Positions 52,104 through 62,395 of a stretch of DNA of 64,000 nucleotides are shown in pieces. The notes below the pieces were generated by a model. The model worked only from the letters and a program-made list of their open reading frames with translations. It was not told the origin of the DNA and did not search any database. Each line of letters starts with the position of its first letter. Position 1 is the stretch's first letter. The position numbers and the translations under genes were made by a program. The stretch is from Sulfolobales archaeon (GTDB taxonomy: Archaea; Thermoproteota; Thermoprotei_A; Sulfolobales; NBVN01): the NCBI GenBank assembly GCA_038841535.1, contig JAWBTQ010000001.1:128001-192000 (forward strand), in the 5' to 3' direction.

Positions 52104-53324
52104 CTATTTACTTAAGGATATGCGAACGAGTTCGTACACGTCTAAAAATCCGTAGCCGTAGCTACTGTCGTACCCTGGCTTTCCCAGGTCTATAGCCGAG
52201 CTCGCTAGAACATCCTTAATATTGCCTGGTGCTAACTTGGACATGCTGCTCGCTAACCTCATTGCCTGAACTATAGCTACTGCTGCCGAAACGTGGGGAC
52301 ATGCCATACTCGTTCCACTGGCGTATGCGTACCTATTCTTAGGCCACGTCGAGAGTATGTTTACACCCGGTGCTACTATGTCTGGGTTTCTATTGCTCCA
52401 GTCGGGGACTGCGTAGCTAGAATCTGCAGCACCAACGGCTATTACCTCGCTGTAGCAAGCAGGGCAGCTAGGTGCTAGAGCACCCTCGTTGCCAGCGGCA
52501 GCAACTAGCACTACTCCGTATCCGTAGGCGTAGGAGACTGCGTCACGCAATATTTGTGAGTCAGGTCCCCCCAAAGACATAGATATGACGTCGGCATCGT
52601 CGTCGGTTCCAGGCAAGCCGTCCGGTCCCTTAACAGATTCAACGATCCCCTTAGCTACGTCACTTACATAGCCCCTACCTGACGCATCGAGTACTCTGAC
52701 AGCATAAAGGCCTGATTTAGGTGCTACACCAGCTATACCTGCGCCATTTAGTCTAGCAGAGATTATTCCGGCTACGTGTGTTCCGTGACCGTTCGGGTCA
52801 GCACAGTTCTTTAAGTTAGCTCCCCTATAGAATGTCTTACCATCCCTGAGAGATACTATGCAGAACACTACCGCTCCCTTAAGGTCGCTGTGTGCGTAAT
52901 CTATGCCAGTATCGAGTACGGCAATAGTAATACCCGGGTAGTAACCTAGGGCGGCGTTACCGTACTCGCTACTCATATTCCAGACATCTGTAGCGTTCAC
53001 TATCTCGACGTTCCAGCCGACTTCCTCAGCTTTAACTAGCTTGTCTTCTTCGACGTATCTAACGAAGGGTAGAGCAGCTATGCGAATTACCGCAGCCGAT
53101 GGGACTTCTAGGACCATCGCACCAATCTCGGGAACCTCTAGGTCTACTCTGCCGATACCTAAAAGCATGTTCATCGAGACCGAGTACGGACCATAAACAC
53201 CGACCACTACTCTGACCGTGGGAGCTACAGCAGAAAGTACTGGAGCTACCGTGATGAGCGCAATGACTATTAGGACAGATAAGACTCCGGCTCCAACATA
53301 TCTCAAAGACACGGATCGCACCAC
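52104..53324 (-). CDS. Secreted subtilisin-like S8 serine protease
   Basis: Signal peptide, propeptide, VLDTGID, HGTHVAG, AAAGN, SGTSMACPH. Confidence 0.95.
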   Translation of the reverse strand: MVRSVSLRYVGAGVLSVLIVIALITVAPVLSAVAPTVRVVVGVYGPYSVSMNMLLGIGRVDLEVPEIGAMVLEVPSAAVIRIAALPFVRYVEEDKLVKAEEVGWNVEIVNATDVWNMSSEYGNAALGYYPGITIAVLDTGIDYAHSDLKGAVVFCIVSLRDGKTFYRGANLKNCADPNGHGTHVAGIISARLNGAGIAGVAPKSGLYAVRVLDASGRGYVSDVAKGIVESVKGPDGLPGTDDDADVISMSLGGPDSQILRDAVSYAYGYGVVLVAAAGNEGALAPSCPACYSEVIAVGAADSSYAVPDWSNRNPDIVAPGVNILSTWPKNRYAYASGTSMACPHVSAAVAIVQAMRLASSMSKLAPGNIKDVLASSAIDLGKPGYDSSYGYGFLDVYELVRISLSK

Positions 53325-53569
53325 ACCTAAAGGGTCATTTTATTCATGTTTCAAAGCTTATATACGGATTTGAAACCGGCTGACTCCACGTTAAAACCTT
53401 GAGGTTGAATGTATAAGAAGAAAAGGACCTCACAAGTTCACTCCCTATTTCAGTAATACCTTCAAGTAGAGTCGCGATGCGACCACTAACACTCTATATT
53501 AGAGAAAGGGCTTAAATAACTAAAGATTTTCCAAGCTCTCTTCACGTTTTCAACCTACTTAAGAAGCCC

Positions 53570-53830
53570 GAGATACTTAGTTGAACTCTCTGAGCGACAT
53601 GATGTAGAACTCTAGCAAGTACTCTAAGTACTTCTTCAATAGCAAAGTTTTACTCTCCATGGGTCTGTACTTAACCTCATTACTACTGCTAGCACGTCTA
53701 TGTCGTTAGCTAGAGCGAGCATCTACCCCTAAAGGTTGACCCTAAGATGTATTTGCTTCCTTGAAGTACCTGAGCAAGACTATTTTAACCTCTCTAAGCA
53801 GTTCCCGGGAATTCCAAAGTCCACCCAAGC
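53570..53830 (-). pseudogene. Frameshifted minimal nucleotidyltransferase (MNT antitoxin-like)
   Basis: Across frames: ELLREVKIVLLRYF / YILGSTFRG / ANDIDVLAVV...LEFYIM..EF (GS..DxD motif). Confidence 0.55.
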
Positions 53831-54208
53831 CTAGTAGCAACCTTGGCATAGATATCGAACTAGTTTCGCGATCATACCTGAGATTCTCTACGAAAGAAGC
53901 GATCGCACAATCCCCGGCAACAGATTATCTGTAATTATTCTGCCCCCGCATTTCTTCGTAATCTGCCTCGCAACTATCTCATACCCAACCCACCTGTTAG
54001 CTCCCTGCTGAACAGCACCAGAATTCACTCGAGCACTACTATTAGTGCCTAATGGCTATGTTGAGGTGAGGAGATGAGGCACCGAACACTCCTGCTAAAC
54101 CTAAGATGACCTAGAACGAAGGATAGTTAATTACCGGTTTATTAATTCTTGATCTTGGGAAGTTCAAAAGCATCTTACTTATAGCAGCCTTGAACTCAGG
54201 ACTGAGAG

Positions 54209-54883
54209 TTTGCGATCGACAGAAGAAATCGTAGAGAGCATAAGTAGTCTCACTGACGGAGGATAGATCTTGGAGCAGTTAAACTATTTTGAATCGCATA
54301 ACCCTTCAAAGGCTGTGGATGTTCTTATAAGACTTGATAGCGAATTCTATAGAAGGAAATTGTTTGGTGCAAGTCTCAGCAACGTTATCGAGGTTTTAGT
54401 GCGGTTACCTGACGAAATGGTGTTTGAGATAATTGGCGTTAAAAGTATTGATGATTTAGCTGAAATACTCAATAAACTCCACGTAGATGATGTAGTCGAA
54501 GTGCTGTTTAAGCTTCCGTCGAAAACGGGGTATAAGGTACTTAAGATTTTATCTACCGAGCTATCAGCCGAAGTTTCTAAAGTAATCGAAGTCTCCTTCA
54601 GAAAGCGTTGGAGAGATTATTAAATACCCAGGACTCAGTTTTCGATGCCGATGCGGCTATAGGTAATGTAATGACATCTATGCCCATAAAGCTAGGTCAG
54701 TACGATGGACGTAACTATATATACGTGGTTAGCAAGGACCGAAAACCTATTGAGTATTTGGACCTAAAAGCTCTCCTCACTAAACCCAGAAACCTTCAGT
54801 TAAAGGACTGCGTAAAGAACGTTAGAGTACACATAGACCCGTTGATTAATAGAGCTATAAACCTCAGGAGGTTTTCCCTCTGA
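54209..54883 (+). pseudogene. mgtE: Magnesium transporter MgtE pseudogene (N domain + CBS; membrane domain missing)
   Basis: LNKLHVDDVVEVL..LP (MgtE_N), frameshift around ESVG, YIYVV..LKALL (CBS); in-frame stop near 54263; no TM region follows. Confidence 0.75.
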
Positions 54884-55056
54884 GTAGCATTCCTAAGCCT
54901 GGAATGGTGTTAATAGAAGAGCTCTCTAGTTTCATCACTTTTAAAACATAGCTACTCTATCGTAACGCGCTCGGTAGAACTAGTAAGAGGATCTTAGAAT
55001 AGAATAAAAAAGAGGCAATTTACTCGTATGTATTAAGTGGAGGCCTCTTGCCTTCG

Positions 55057-56295
55057 TCAAAGGTATCTCTTCATTAGTAGGTAGTAGGTTCTAACCATTC
55101 TCTCAAATTCTTCTATTGGGAGGTACTCGTCTGCTATGTGGGCTACTCCTAGGAGGCCCGGTCCATACGTGATTGTCTGGATACCCTCCTGCGTGTAGTA
55201 CCGCATGTCTAACCCGCCGAGGCAAACTGTTGTTCGTGGCTCAAAGCCGAGCACCTCCTTAGCTACCTCCTTAGCTGTCCTCACTAAGTCAGAGCTAGGG
55301 TCTGTAAGTGCTGGTGGTAGCCTATTTGTTACTTTCACTCCTATCTTGACATTCTTGAACTCCTGAGATATTCTCTCTACAAACCCCTTAATCTCGCTTT
55401 CTACCTCTTCAATTTTCTCTTCGGGAGTGATTCGGCGGTCTATAGAGAATGAGTAGTAACCTGGTACTACGTTAACCTTCGCGCCTCCTTTAACCTCCCC
55501 ACCTATCATGGCAGTAGGTCTAGCCCCCCTCGGGTCATCGTACTCGTAGGAGCTCCTCCTAGACTCTAGCTGGTATACGTACTCGTCTATTACTTTACTT
55601 GCTATCTTAACCATGTACTCGAAAGCGTTTATACCTAGCCACGGGGTAGAGCCGTGGGCCTGCCTACCGTAGACTTCGACTGCGACCCAGAGGGCACCCT
55701 TGTGCCCTATCCATATAGTCCCGGAGCCACTGGGTTCAGCTATTACTACGTAGTCAGGTCTAGAACTCATCTCCCTAACTAAATACCCAGTGCCAGTCTC
55801 ACCACCGATCTCTTCGTCAGGTACTAGGGCTAGCTCTAAAGTCCCCTTAACCTTACCCACGGACTCAACTAAGGTCTTAGCAGCAGCAATAAAAGCAGCA
55901 ATACCACCCTTCATATCTGAAGAACCCCTACCGTAAAGTCTGCCTCCCTCAATAATGGGCTCGAACGGGTCCTTAGTCCAACCACTCCCTGGAGGAACTA
56001 CGTCATAATGACCGTTGAACTGCAGAACTGGCTTACCGGTGCCGTACTTTGCTAACACTATATACCTAGGGTACTGACTGTAGTCAGGGTAGTATCTCCC
56101 AACGTACTCTCTAAGAACCTCGGAGATGGAGACTTCGAAACCGATGTGCTCTAGTACCTCTTTCGATAACCTAGCGAAGTCTCCGTACTTCTCGCCCGGT
56201 GGGTTGACAGTTGCCACGGACACCATGTCCTTTAGAACTTTGAGACCCCACTCAGTGTTTTTTGCTAGTCGATCTACCTCACTCAACTCAACCAC
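55057..56295 (-). CDS. M20 family metallopeptidase (ArgE/DapE-like)
   Basis: NGHYDVVP, GRGSSDMKGG, DEEIGG, AEP, AHIADE. Confidence 0.93.
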   Translation of the reverse strand: MVELSEVDRLAKNTEWGLKVLKDMVSVATVNPPGEKYGDFARLSKEVLEHIGFEVSISEVLREYVGRYYPDYSQYPRYIVLAKYGTGKPVLQFNGHYDVVPPGSGWTKDPFEPIIEGGRLYGRGSSDMKGGIAAFIAAAKTLVESVGKVKGTLELALVPDEEIGGETGTGYLVREMSSRPDYVVIAEPSGSGTIWIGHKGALWVAVEVYGRQAHGSTPWLGINAFEYMVKIASKVIDEYVYQLESRRSSYEYDDPRGARPTAMIGGEVKGGAKVNVVPGYYSFSIDRRITPEEKIEEVESEIKGFVERISQEFKNVKIGVKVTNRLPPALTDPSSDLVRTAKEVAKEVLGFEPRTTVCLGGLDMRYYTQEGIQTITYGPGLLGVAHIADEYLPIEEFERMVRTYYLLMKRYL

Positions 56296-57718
56296 CTCTA
56301 TACGTGATTCTAGATACTACTAAGGTAATAGGTAAGTTGAACATCAAACCCCAAATTATTGAGTGTACACCTAAGTAGTCTGGCCAAATAAAGCACGTCA
56401 AGACACCCATCACTAACCCAGCTATGAGACCTGCTAGAACACCCTCTTTCGTGATCCACTTCCATACGCTCCCCAGAACCCATCCCGGAAACATCTGGGT
56501 GATCCCTGTATACCCGACAAGCAGTAAGTAGACTATGTATGCTGGTGCTGTGTAAGCTAAGATGACGCTTATAACAGTAAATATAACTATCCCCAGTCTA
56601 CTCACTAGTATCACCTCCTTCTCGCTAGCTCCCGGCTTTATCCACCCCTGGTATATGTTCCTAGATAGCAGACTCGCCTGAGTCAGTATAATGCCTGCTG
56701 CTGACGACAGTGCTGCCGCCATTCCAGCTGCGCCTATAAAGCCTAGAGCCACGGGGCCAAACGTATCTCTTATTAGAGCTAGGAAGGCGTGGTCAGCTAC
56801 TGCCAGTTTCATACCTAAGCCGAGTGCTACGAGCCCAGTTAGAGAAGCCCAAAGAATCCCTAGAACGTGGTACCAAGAGGTCATAGTTATACTCCTCCTC
56901 AAGACTTTAGCGTCTCTTGCTGGAAATACCATCTGAGCTAGCTGTGGCCACACCCAGAACCCCAGCCCACAGCCTACAGCAGCTGTTATAACCCACTGAA
57001 CAGAGTTCCTACCTACTGCTGCCCAAAGGTATGCGTGTTTAGGAGATGCTGCTTCTACCGCAGCGAATAACCCAGGAAGTCCACCGTAGTAATAGAATAT
57101 TAATGAGAGCCCTCCGCCCAGCATAGCTGCGAGCATTATCGCACCAAGAAACACGTTAGTTATTGCTACACTAACCATGCCACCAAGGAAGACGTATATC
57201 ATCACCACCACAAATGATACTACGGCAACATGCAGAGTGGGTAAGGCACCATAGGTAGAGAGATCTAATACGTACTTAGTAGTTAGAATCTGAAGCTGGC
57301 CGTAAGGTATGTTAAAGGTTATTCCCACCAGTGCTGTAAGAACCATTAGTAGCCTACTGCCGTATCTCCACATAAAGAAGTCCGCCTGAGTGAGGAGTCC
57401 CTGCCCCTTAGCTGTCTCCCAAATCCTCGGTGCGAAAAAGAACGCGAAAGTGTATGCCAAAGCCCCATAGATCCATATGTATAGAACTGGTGCACCATAC
57501 GCATACGCCCAACCCGAAGCCCCTAGGAATGCGAAGCCACTATAGATAACTGCCGCCATGTTCAAGAACGTTACTATGAACCCGAGGGCTCTACCAGCCA
57601 CCATGTACGTGTCGACTCTGAGGACTTTAATTCTTAGTCTATAGGCTAGAACACCTATAATGAAGGTTATTGCTAAAGTGACAGCAATGATTAGAGTAGC
57701 TATTGTTGCCTCTATCAT
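56288..57718 (-). CDS. Sodium:solute symporter family transporter
   Basis: YMVAGR, SGFAFLG.SG.AY, GGM.SVA.T, AAALSS; many TM helices. Confidence 0.92.
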   Translation of the reverse strand: MIEATIATLIIAVTLAITFIIGVLAYRLRIKVLRVDTYMVAGRALGFIVTFLNMAAVIYSGFAFLGASGWAYAYGAPVLYIWIYGALAYTFAFFFAPRIWETAKGQGLLTQADFFMWRYGSRLLMVLTALVGITFNIPYGQLQILTTKYVLDLSTYGALPTLHVAVVSFVVVMIYVFLGGMVSVAITNVFLGAIMLAAMLGGGLSLIFYYYGGLPGLFAAVEAASPKHAYLWAAVGRNSVQWVITAAVGCGLGFWVWPQLAQMVFPARDAKVLRRSITMTSWYHVLGILWASLTGLVALGLGMKLAVADHAFLALIRDTFGPVALGFIGAAGMAAALSSAAGIILTQASLLSRNIYQGWIKPGASEKEVILVSRLGIVIFTVISVILAYTAPAYIVYLLLVGYTGITQMFPGWVLGSVWKWITKEGVLAGLIAGLVMGVLTCFIWPDYLGVHSIIWGLMFNLPITLVVSRITYRGG

Positions 57719-57921
57719 GGTTTCACCTCAAGCATGTAGTAAGCTAACGTCAATAGTACAGGAACTACGAAAACCCATATCAGCACCCAGAACCAGAGCA
57801 GAGGTATGCCAGCAATATGGACGTTAGGTCTGTTAATTATGGGTAAGACGATGGACAACATGAACCAGACGACCGCTGTAGCAACCATGAACTTTCTCTC
57901 AGTAACGGTTTTTCTAGACAC
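57715..57921 (-). CDS. Small two-TM SSS accessory protein (DUF3311-like)
   Basis: P..N...IAGIPLLWFW; overlaps the SSS start. Confidence 0.82.
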   Translation of the reverse strand: MSRKTVTERKFMVATAVVWFMLSIVLPIINRPNVHIAGIPLLWFWVLIWVFVVPVLLTLAYYMLEVKP

Positions 57922-58238
57922 GATCTGTTACCTCAAGATCATCCTCAGGTTTTAAACTTAATATTTGTTGCTGAGTCTGAAATCCTCCCCACCCTAATAT
58001 GACCAGGCTTCTATGTCAGCGGTGCGCACTTTATAAGAGTGCTAGGAATTAACTCGAGTAGATCGACTTTAGCTGATGCCCTAATACGGAGGCACCGTGA
58101 GGAGTACTCAGAGGTATATCGAAGAAAGCGGTATAGCGCAACCCGGCTCTTTTAAATCAGACCCTCGAGACCTTTGTTGATAGTGTTTACTTATTATAGC
58201 GCTCACTAACGATTAAATTAGAGACTGGCGGTGGTTGG

Positions 58239-58514
58239 ATGCCTAAAGTAGTGAGCGACAAGGTTATTAGATATGTTGAGGGAGCAGTTCTCTCGATGCT
58301 TAGACTTAGACGATACCTTCTATCACGGGGTGTAGACCCTGAAGAGGTTAACGAAAGAATAAAAAAGCAGGCTATTGGCATGCTCGAAGCCTCAGGGTTA
58401 AGCAAGGAGAAGATTGTCGAGATATTAGTCGAGCTAAAGCTGGTAGTTGAAACCCTTATAGACTTAGTAAGTAAAGCAGATTTTCGCGAAAGCGATGAAG
58501 CCAGCTCCAGCTGA
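58239..58514 (+). CDS. Small helical hypothetical protein
   Basis: 91-aa ORF with GGTGG RBS. Confidence 0.7.
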   Translation: MPKVVSDKVIRYVEGAVLSMLRLRRYLLSRGVDPEEVNERIKKQAIGMLEASGLSKEKIVEILVELKLVVETLIDLVSKADFRESDEASSS

Positions 58515-58576
58515 CACTTTGGGTGTAATCTAAAGCTCAAATTATTGAAATGAACTAAGTGACGGTGTAAGTAAGG

Positions 58577-59758
58577 GTGTTAGGACTAGTAACCCTAGTA
58601 GCTGTCGTAGTAGCTATCATAGGTGGCCTGAAGATCGGTTTGAGTCTTGGGCTATCTATTGCTCTAACAACTATAGGCTTAGGCCTTCTTATGGGTAACC
58701 TCCAGAAAGCCCTTGTAGCGACCCTATTAAACGAGGACGCCTGGATACTGATCCTCTCAGCACTAACTATAGCTACGCTGGCTGAACTCTATAGAATTAC
58801 AAACGCTGTGGAAGAACTCGGTCAAGGGCTGTCCAGCACACTGAGAGACCCGAGGCTGGGACTTGCTACTATACCTGCAGTAGTTGGTCTCATGCCAGTA
58901 GCTGGTGGAGCCCTACTCTCAGCACCAGTGGTTGAATCTCTCGGGGCTCCGATCGGACTTACAGCAGAAGCTTTAGCATACATAAACGTGTGGTTCAGGC
59001 ATGTGCTGATTTACTCATACCCGTTTTCTCAACTAATAGTTGTTCTCTCTCAGTTAACAGGAGTCCCGATTTTAACCCTAATGACAGCAACTTTACCTAT
59101 GACTATACTGATGGCTGCTATAGGGACAGCAGCTCTCTTGAAAGTTAAGGTAGAACCACTTGAGCAAGTTAGTAGACGCAGTAGAGAGGACCTCAAAGCC
59201 TTAGTACCCTTAGGTGTAGCTGTAGCTCTCTTAGTGCCCCTAGTGCCACTCATAGGAAATTGGGCTATTCCTCTGGGTACCTCAGTTGCTGTCCTCGTTC
59301 TAGTTCGACTTAGAAAAGCTTTAAAGCTACTGCCGCACGCTCTCATTTCAGAGAGGGTGGGTGACATCATCCTAGCTGTTGTAGCAGTAATAGTGCTTAG
59401 GGAAGTAATATCATTAAGCAACATATCTATGGAGCTACAGGAAGCTGTCAGCGGCTTTATTCGAGTAGAGCTCGCCCTAGCTATACTATCTACTTTAGTA
59501 TCAATAGCTACGGGTTCAGTCATGACCGGGCTCTTCGTTAGTTTACCTATTCTTTCATCACTCGGCGTAGATAGTGTTGGTTCAATACTTCTTATCTACA
59601 CGTACTCCTTCTTAGGCTACATAGCGTCACCAACACATCTATGTCTTCTGTACACCGTTAAGTACTTTAAAGCAAACTTGTTAGGTACTTACAGGTATCT
59701 CCTACCCTCAGTACTTCTAGCTTTAGTAGTAGGTACTGTGTATTACTTAGTTATCTAA
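58577..59758 (+). CDS. DUF401 family membrane protein
   Basis: PAVVGLMPVAGGALLSAP, NVWFRH, GYIASPTHLCL. Confidence 0.88.
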   Translation: MLGLVTLVAVVVAIIGGLKIGLSLGLSIALTTIGLGLLMGNLQKALVATLLNEDAWILILSALTIATLAELYRITNAVEELGQGLSSTLRDPRLGLATIPAVVGLMPVAGGALLSAPVVESLGAPIGLTAEALAYINVWFRHVLIYSYPFSQLIVVLSQLTGVPILTLMTATLPMTILMAAIGTAALLKVKVEPLEQVSRRSREDLKALVPLGVAVALLVPLVPLIGNWAIPLGTSVAVLVLVRLRKALKLLPHALISERVGDIILAVVAVIVLREVISLSNISMELQEAVSGFIRVELALAILSTLVSIATGSVMTGLFVSLPILSSLGVDSVGSILLIYTYSFLGYIASPTHLCLLYTVKYFKANLLGTYRYLLPSVLLALVVGTVYYLVI

Positions 59759-59825
59759 TGCTAGAGTACCGAAGCCACTTTAAGCTCTTAAACTCTTATT
59801 TAATCATACGTCATGTTATTATGCG

Positions 59826-60989
59826 GTGCAAATGGCTAAAGAAAGCAGCATCCACGAGGTAGCTCTAAATCTTGGAACTCTCTTATACTTTCTTTCACTT
59901 CACTCTATAGCACCGTACATATCTAGGTATGCCGTATCTCTCGGTGCGAGTGAGTACGAAGTAGCTATGCTTGGCCCTGCTCTCTCGCTGATAGCTATAA
60001 CACTTAGACCGCTCAGTGGGTCACTCATCGACCGGGGCTTGCTGCGCCCACTCATGGCATTAGGGATAGGTCTAGCTATGGCTGCGCAAACTCTCTATAG
60101 CGTATCGACTGGCGTCCCTCTTCTATACATCGGGAGGGGGCTTCAAGGTATGGGAGTAGCTCTCTTTATACCTGCCTCTGTGTACACAGCTACTCTAACT
60201 AGTAAAAACATAGCTAGCTCGCTAGCGTGGAGGTCTACTATGATAGGGCTCTCCGTGTTTCTTGGACCAGCTATCGGTGGCTTTATAGTGAGTGTCTACG
60301 GCTTCAGGTTCCTGTTTACTATAACCATTACGTATCTCTTAGTATCAGGATTACTGAGCTCCTTAGCTTTAAAGACTTTGAAACCCTCTGGGAGAATAGA
60401 AGAAGGTGGTCGATTAAAAGACCTTCTCAGCACAGACTTCCTCGTCTCCTCTTTCGCTGTATTGGCGTATAGTGTCCTATACAATTGCTTTCTACTCTTT
60501 CTCCCCGCATACCACAGTGCTTTAGGCATGGATGTAGCAGTAACTACCATGTTATTTACAACTATCTCAATAACAAACTTCACTTCTAGAATAGTGCTCT
60601 CGGTACTGATGAATAGAGTTAAGTACTCAGTAACTGCGACACTAGGTTTTGCCCTAGCTCTTCTCGGGATTACATTTATAGTCCTAGACCCTACATCTCC
60701 GTATTTAATGCTATATGCGATTGTAGCTGGAAGTGGTGGAGGCCTCCTAATTCCTTCTCTCCAAGTGCTAGCTCTACTCAACATTAAAGCGAGAAGTAGG
60801 GGGTTGGGCTCTGGAGTCTACACAGCAATGTTTGACGCAGGAAACGTAATTGGACCGCCGGTAGCAATAATGCTCGGCGGCACGTATCTAGGTTCTCTAA
60901 AGATATCCCTCGGAGTTTCATCTGTGGGACTCGCAGCACTGCTGACCTATAATGCCTCACATTTCGGCCGTGCTCGTAAGGTTCAATAA
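59826..60989 (+). CDS. MFS transporter
   Basis: About 12 TM helices; SGSLIDRG motif A, GRGLQG, GPAIGG. Confidence 0.9.
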   Translation: MQMAKESSIHEVALNLGTLLYFLSLHSIAPYISRYAVSLGASEYEVAMLGPALSLIAITLRPLSGSLIDRGLLRPLMALGIGLAMAAQTLYSVSTGVPLLYIGRGLQGMGVALFIPASVYTATLTSKNIASSLAWRSTMIGLSVFLGPAIGGFIVSVYGFRFLFTITITYLLVSGLLSSLALKTLKPSGRIEEGGRLKDLLSTDFLVSSFAVLAYSVLYNCFLLFLPAYHSALGMDVAVTTMLFTTISITNFTSRIVLSVLMNRVKYSVTATLGFALALLGITFIVLDPTSPYLMLYAIVAGSGGGLLIPSLQVLALLNIKARSRGLGSGVYTAMFDAGNVIGPPVAIMLGGTYLGSLKISLGVSSVGLAALLTYNASHFGRARKVQ

Positions 60990-61033
60990 AAAAGAACTGA
61001 AGTTAAGTGCTGCCAAGAGCTTCTCTTCTAAAA

Positions 61034-62395
61034 CTACTTACCTGCTAAAGTGATTTTAGGTACGTAGATAGCGGGAAGAGAGAATCTCCCGAATCTCTCG
61101 AGACTCCTTGAGACCCTAACCTCTGCTGGCTTCAGAACTTCATACACGTTGCCGGACAATACGACTCCCTTAACTGGGAACTTCTCTTCCCCACTCTCTA
61201 CATAAATGCCGTTTGTTATCGTGGCGTTAAGCAATCCGCTGACAGGGTTAGAAAGCCACTCTCCTATAGTCGCATAAACTATGACTCCTTTCTTAACGTC
61301 CTTGACTAGATTGCTTAAGTCACCACTTCCTGGTTCTACAAGCAGGTTCGATATCCAAGGCGTTGGAGTAGAGTATGGTACGTTCCTGAAAGCGTTACCC
61401 GTCGAGTTCTTGCCTTCCACAAGAGCTGTATACGTATCGTATAGAAATCCGCTCAGAACTCCTCTGTCGAATACTACTTTCCTCTTAGTTGGAACACCCT
61501 CATCGTCAAATCCCCTAGTCCCCGTGAGTCCGGGATATGTGCCGTCATCGATAAAGGTCAAGTTCTCGGAGAACACTTGAGAACCGAACTTCCCCTTAAG
61601 CGGTGATCTACCTTTCTGTACCGAGTCAGCACAGACGGCAGGTACAACGAGCGACTGAACAACCCCAGCAAAAACCTTGGGTATAAAGACTAATTCGTAA
61701 ACGCCTGTATCCACTCTTCTAGCACCAAGCGTTTTAACTGCTACTTCCGTTGCCTTACTGATGAGCTCGTCTGGGTTAAATCGAGCTAGAGTAGGCGCTA
61801 CGTACGCTTCATAGTAACCCGATTCCTCCCCAGCTTCTACGGCTTTAACACTAACGAACACGCTGGCCTCAGTAGCATCTTCCCGCTGGATCTCTCCGTA
61901 GTTATTACCTATGGCTCTCTCAACCGTGCTCAGATGGATACTGGCTGAACTCGTAAAAGCTCTCTTGTCTATCTCACCTGACTTCTTTAGGAGGAACTGG
62001 ACTATCTCTATAAAGTAATCGGTTTCCGGCTCCACGATTTTGGGGTCTAAAGTTTCCTCTACATGAGACTTACCCAATTCTCTAGATAAAGAGATCCACT
62101 GCGGATCTTCGGGGAGAGTTTTAGCTATTTTCACAGCGGTCTCTACTATTAAGTCTAAGTCTTCAACTCGTGAAATCATTCCTCCCTGTACGGACACTCT
62201 TTTACCGATAACCACTCTAACTCCAGCGTCTATTCTCTCCCCAGAAGATAGCCTTTCTATACCTCTAATAGTTCCAACGATGTCCGTTCCGACCCTCCTA
62301 ATAGCGTATACCTCTACCTCATCTGCTCCAAGCTTCGTACCGACCTTAATTCCTCGCTCCACAATATTCTCGATCATCTTATCCACCACCGACAA
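61034..62395 (-). CDS. TldE/PmbA family protein
   Basis: FDDEGVP, STGNA, SNPVSG; lacks HExxxH. Confidence 0.9.
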   Translation of the reverse strand: MSVVDKMIENIVERGIKVGTKLGADEVEVYAIRRVGTDIVGTIRGIERLSSGERIDAGVRVVIGKRVSVQGGMISRVEDLDLIVETAVKIAKTLPEDPQWISLSRELGKSHVEETLDPKIVEPETDYFIEIVQFLLKKSGEIDKRAFTSSASIHLSTVERAIGNNYGEIQREDATEASVFVSVKAVEAGEESGYYEAYVAPTLARFNPDELISKATEVAVKTLGARRVDTGVYELVFIPKVFAGVVQSLVVPAVCADSVQKGRSPLKGKFGSQVFSENLTFIDDGTYPGLTGTRGFDDEGVPTKRKVVFDRGVLSGFLYDTYTALVEGKNSTGNAFRNVPYSTPTPWISNLLVEPGSGDLSNLVKDVKKGVIVYATIGEWLSNPVSGLLNATITNGIYVESGEEKFPVKGVVLSGNVYEVLKPAEVRVSRSLERFGRFSLPAIYVPKITLAGK

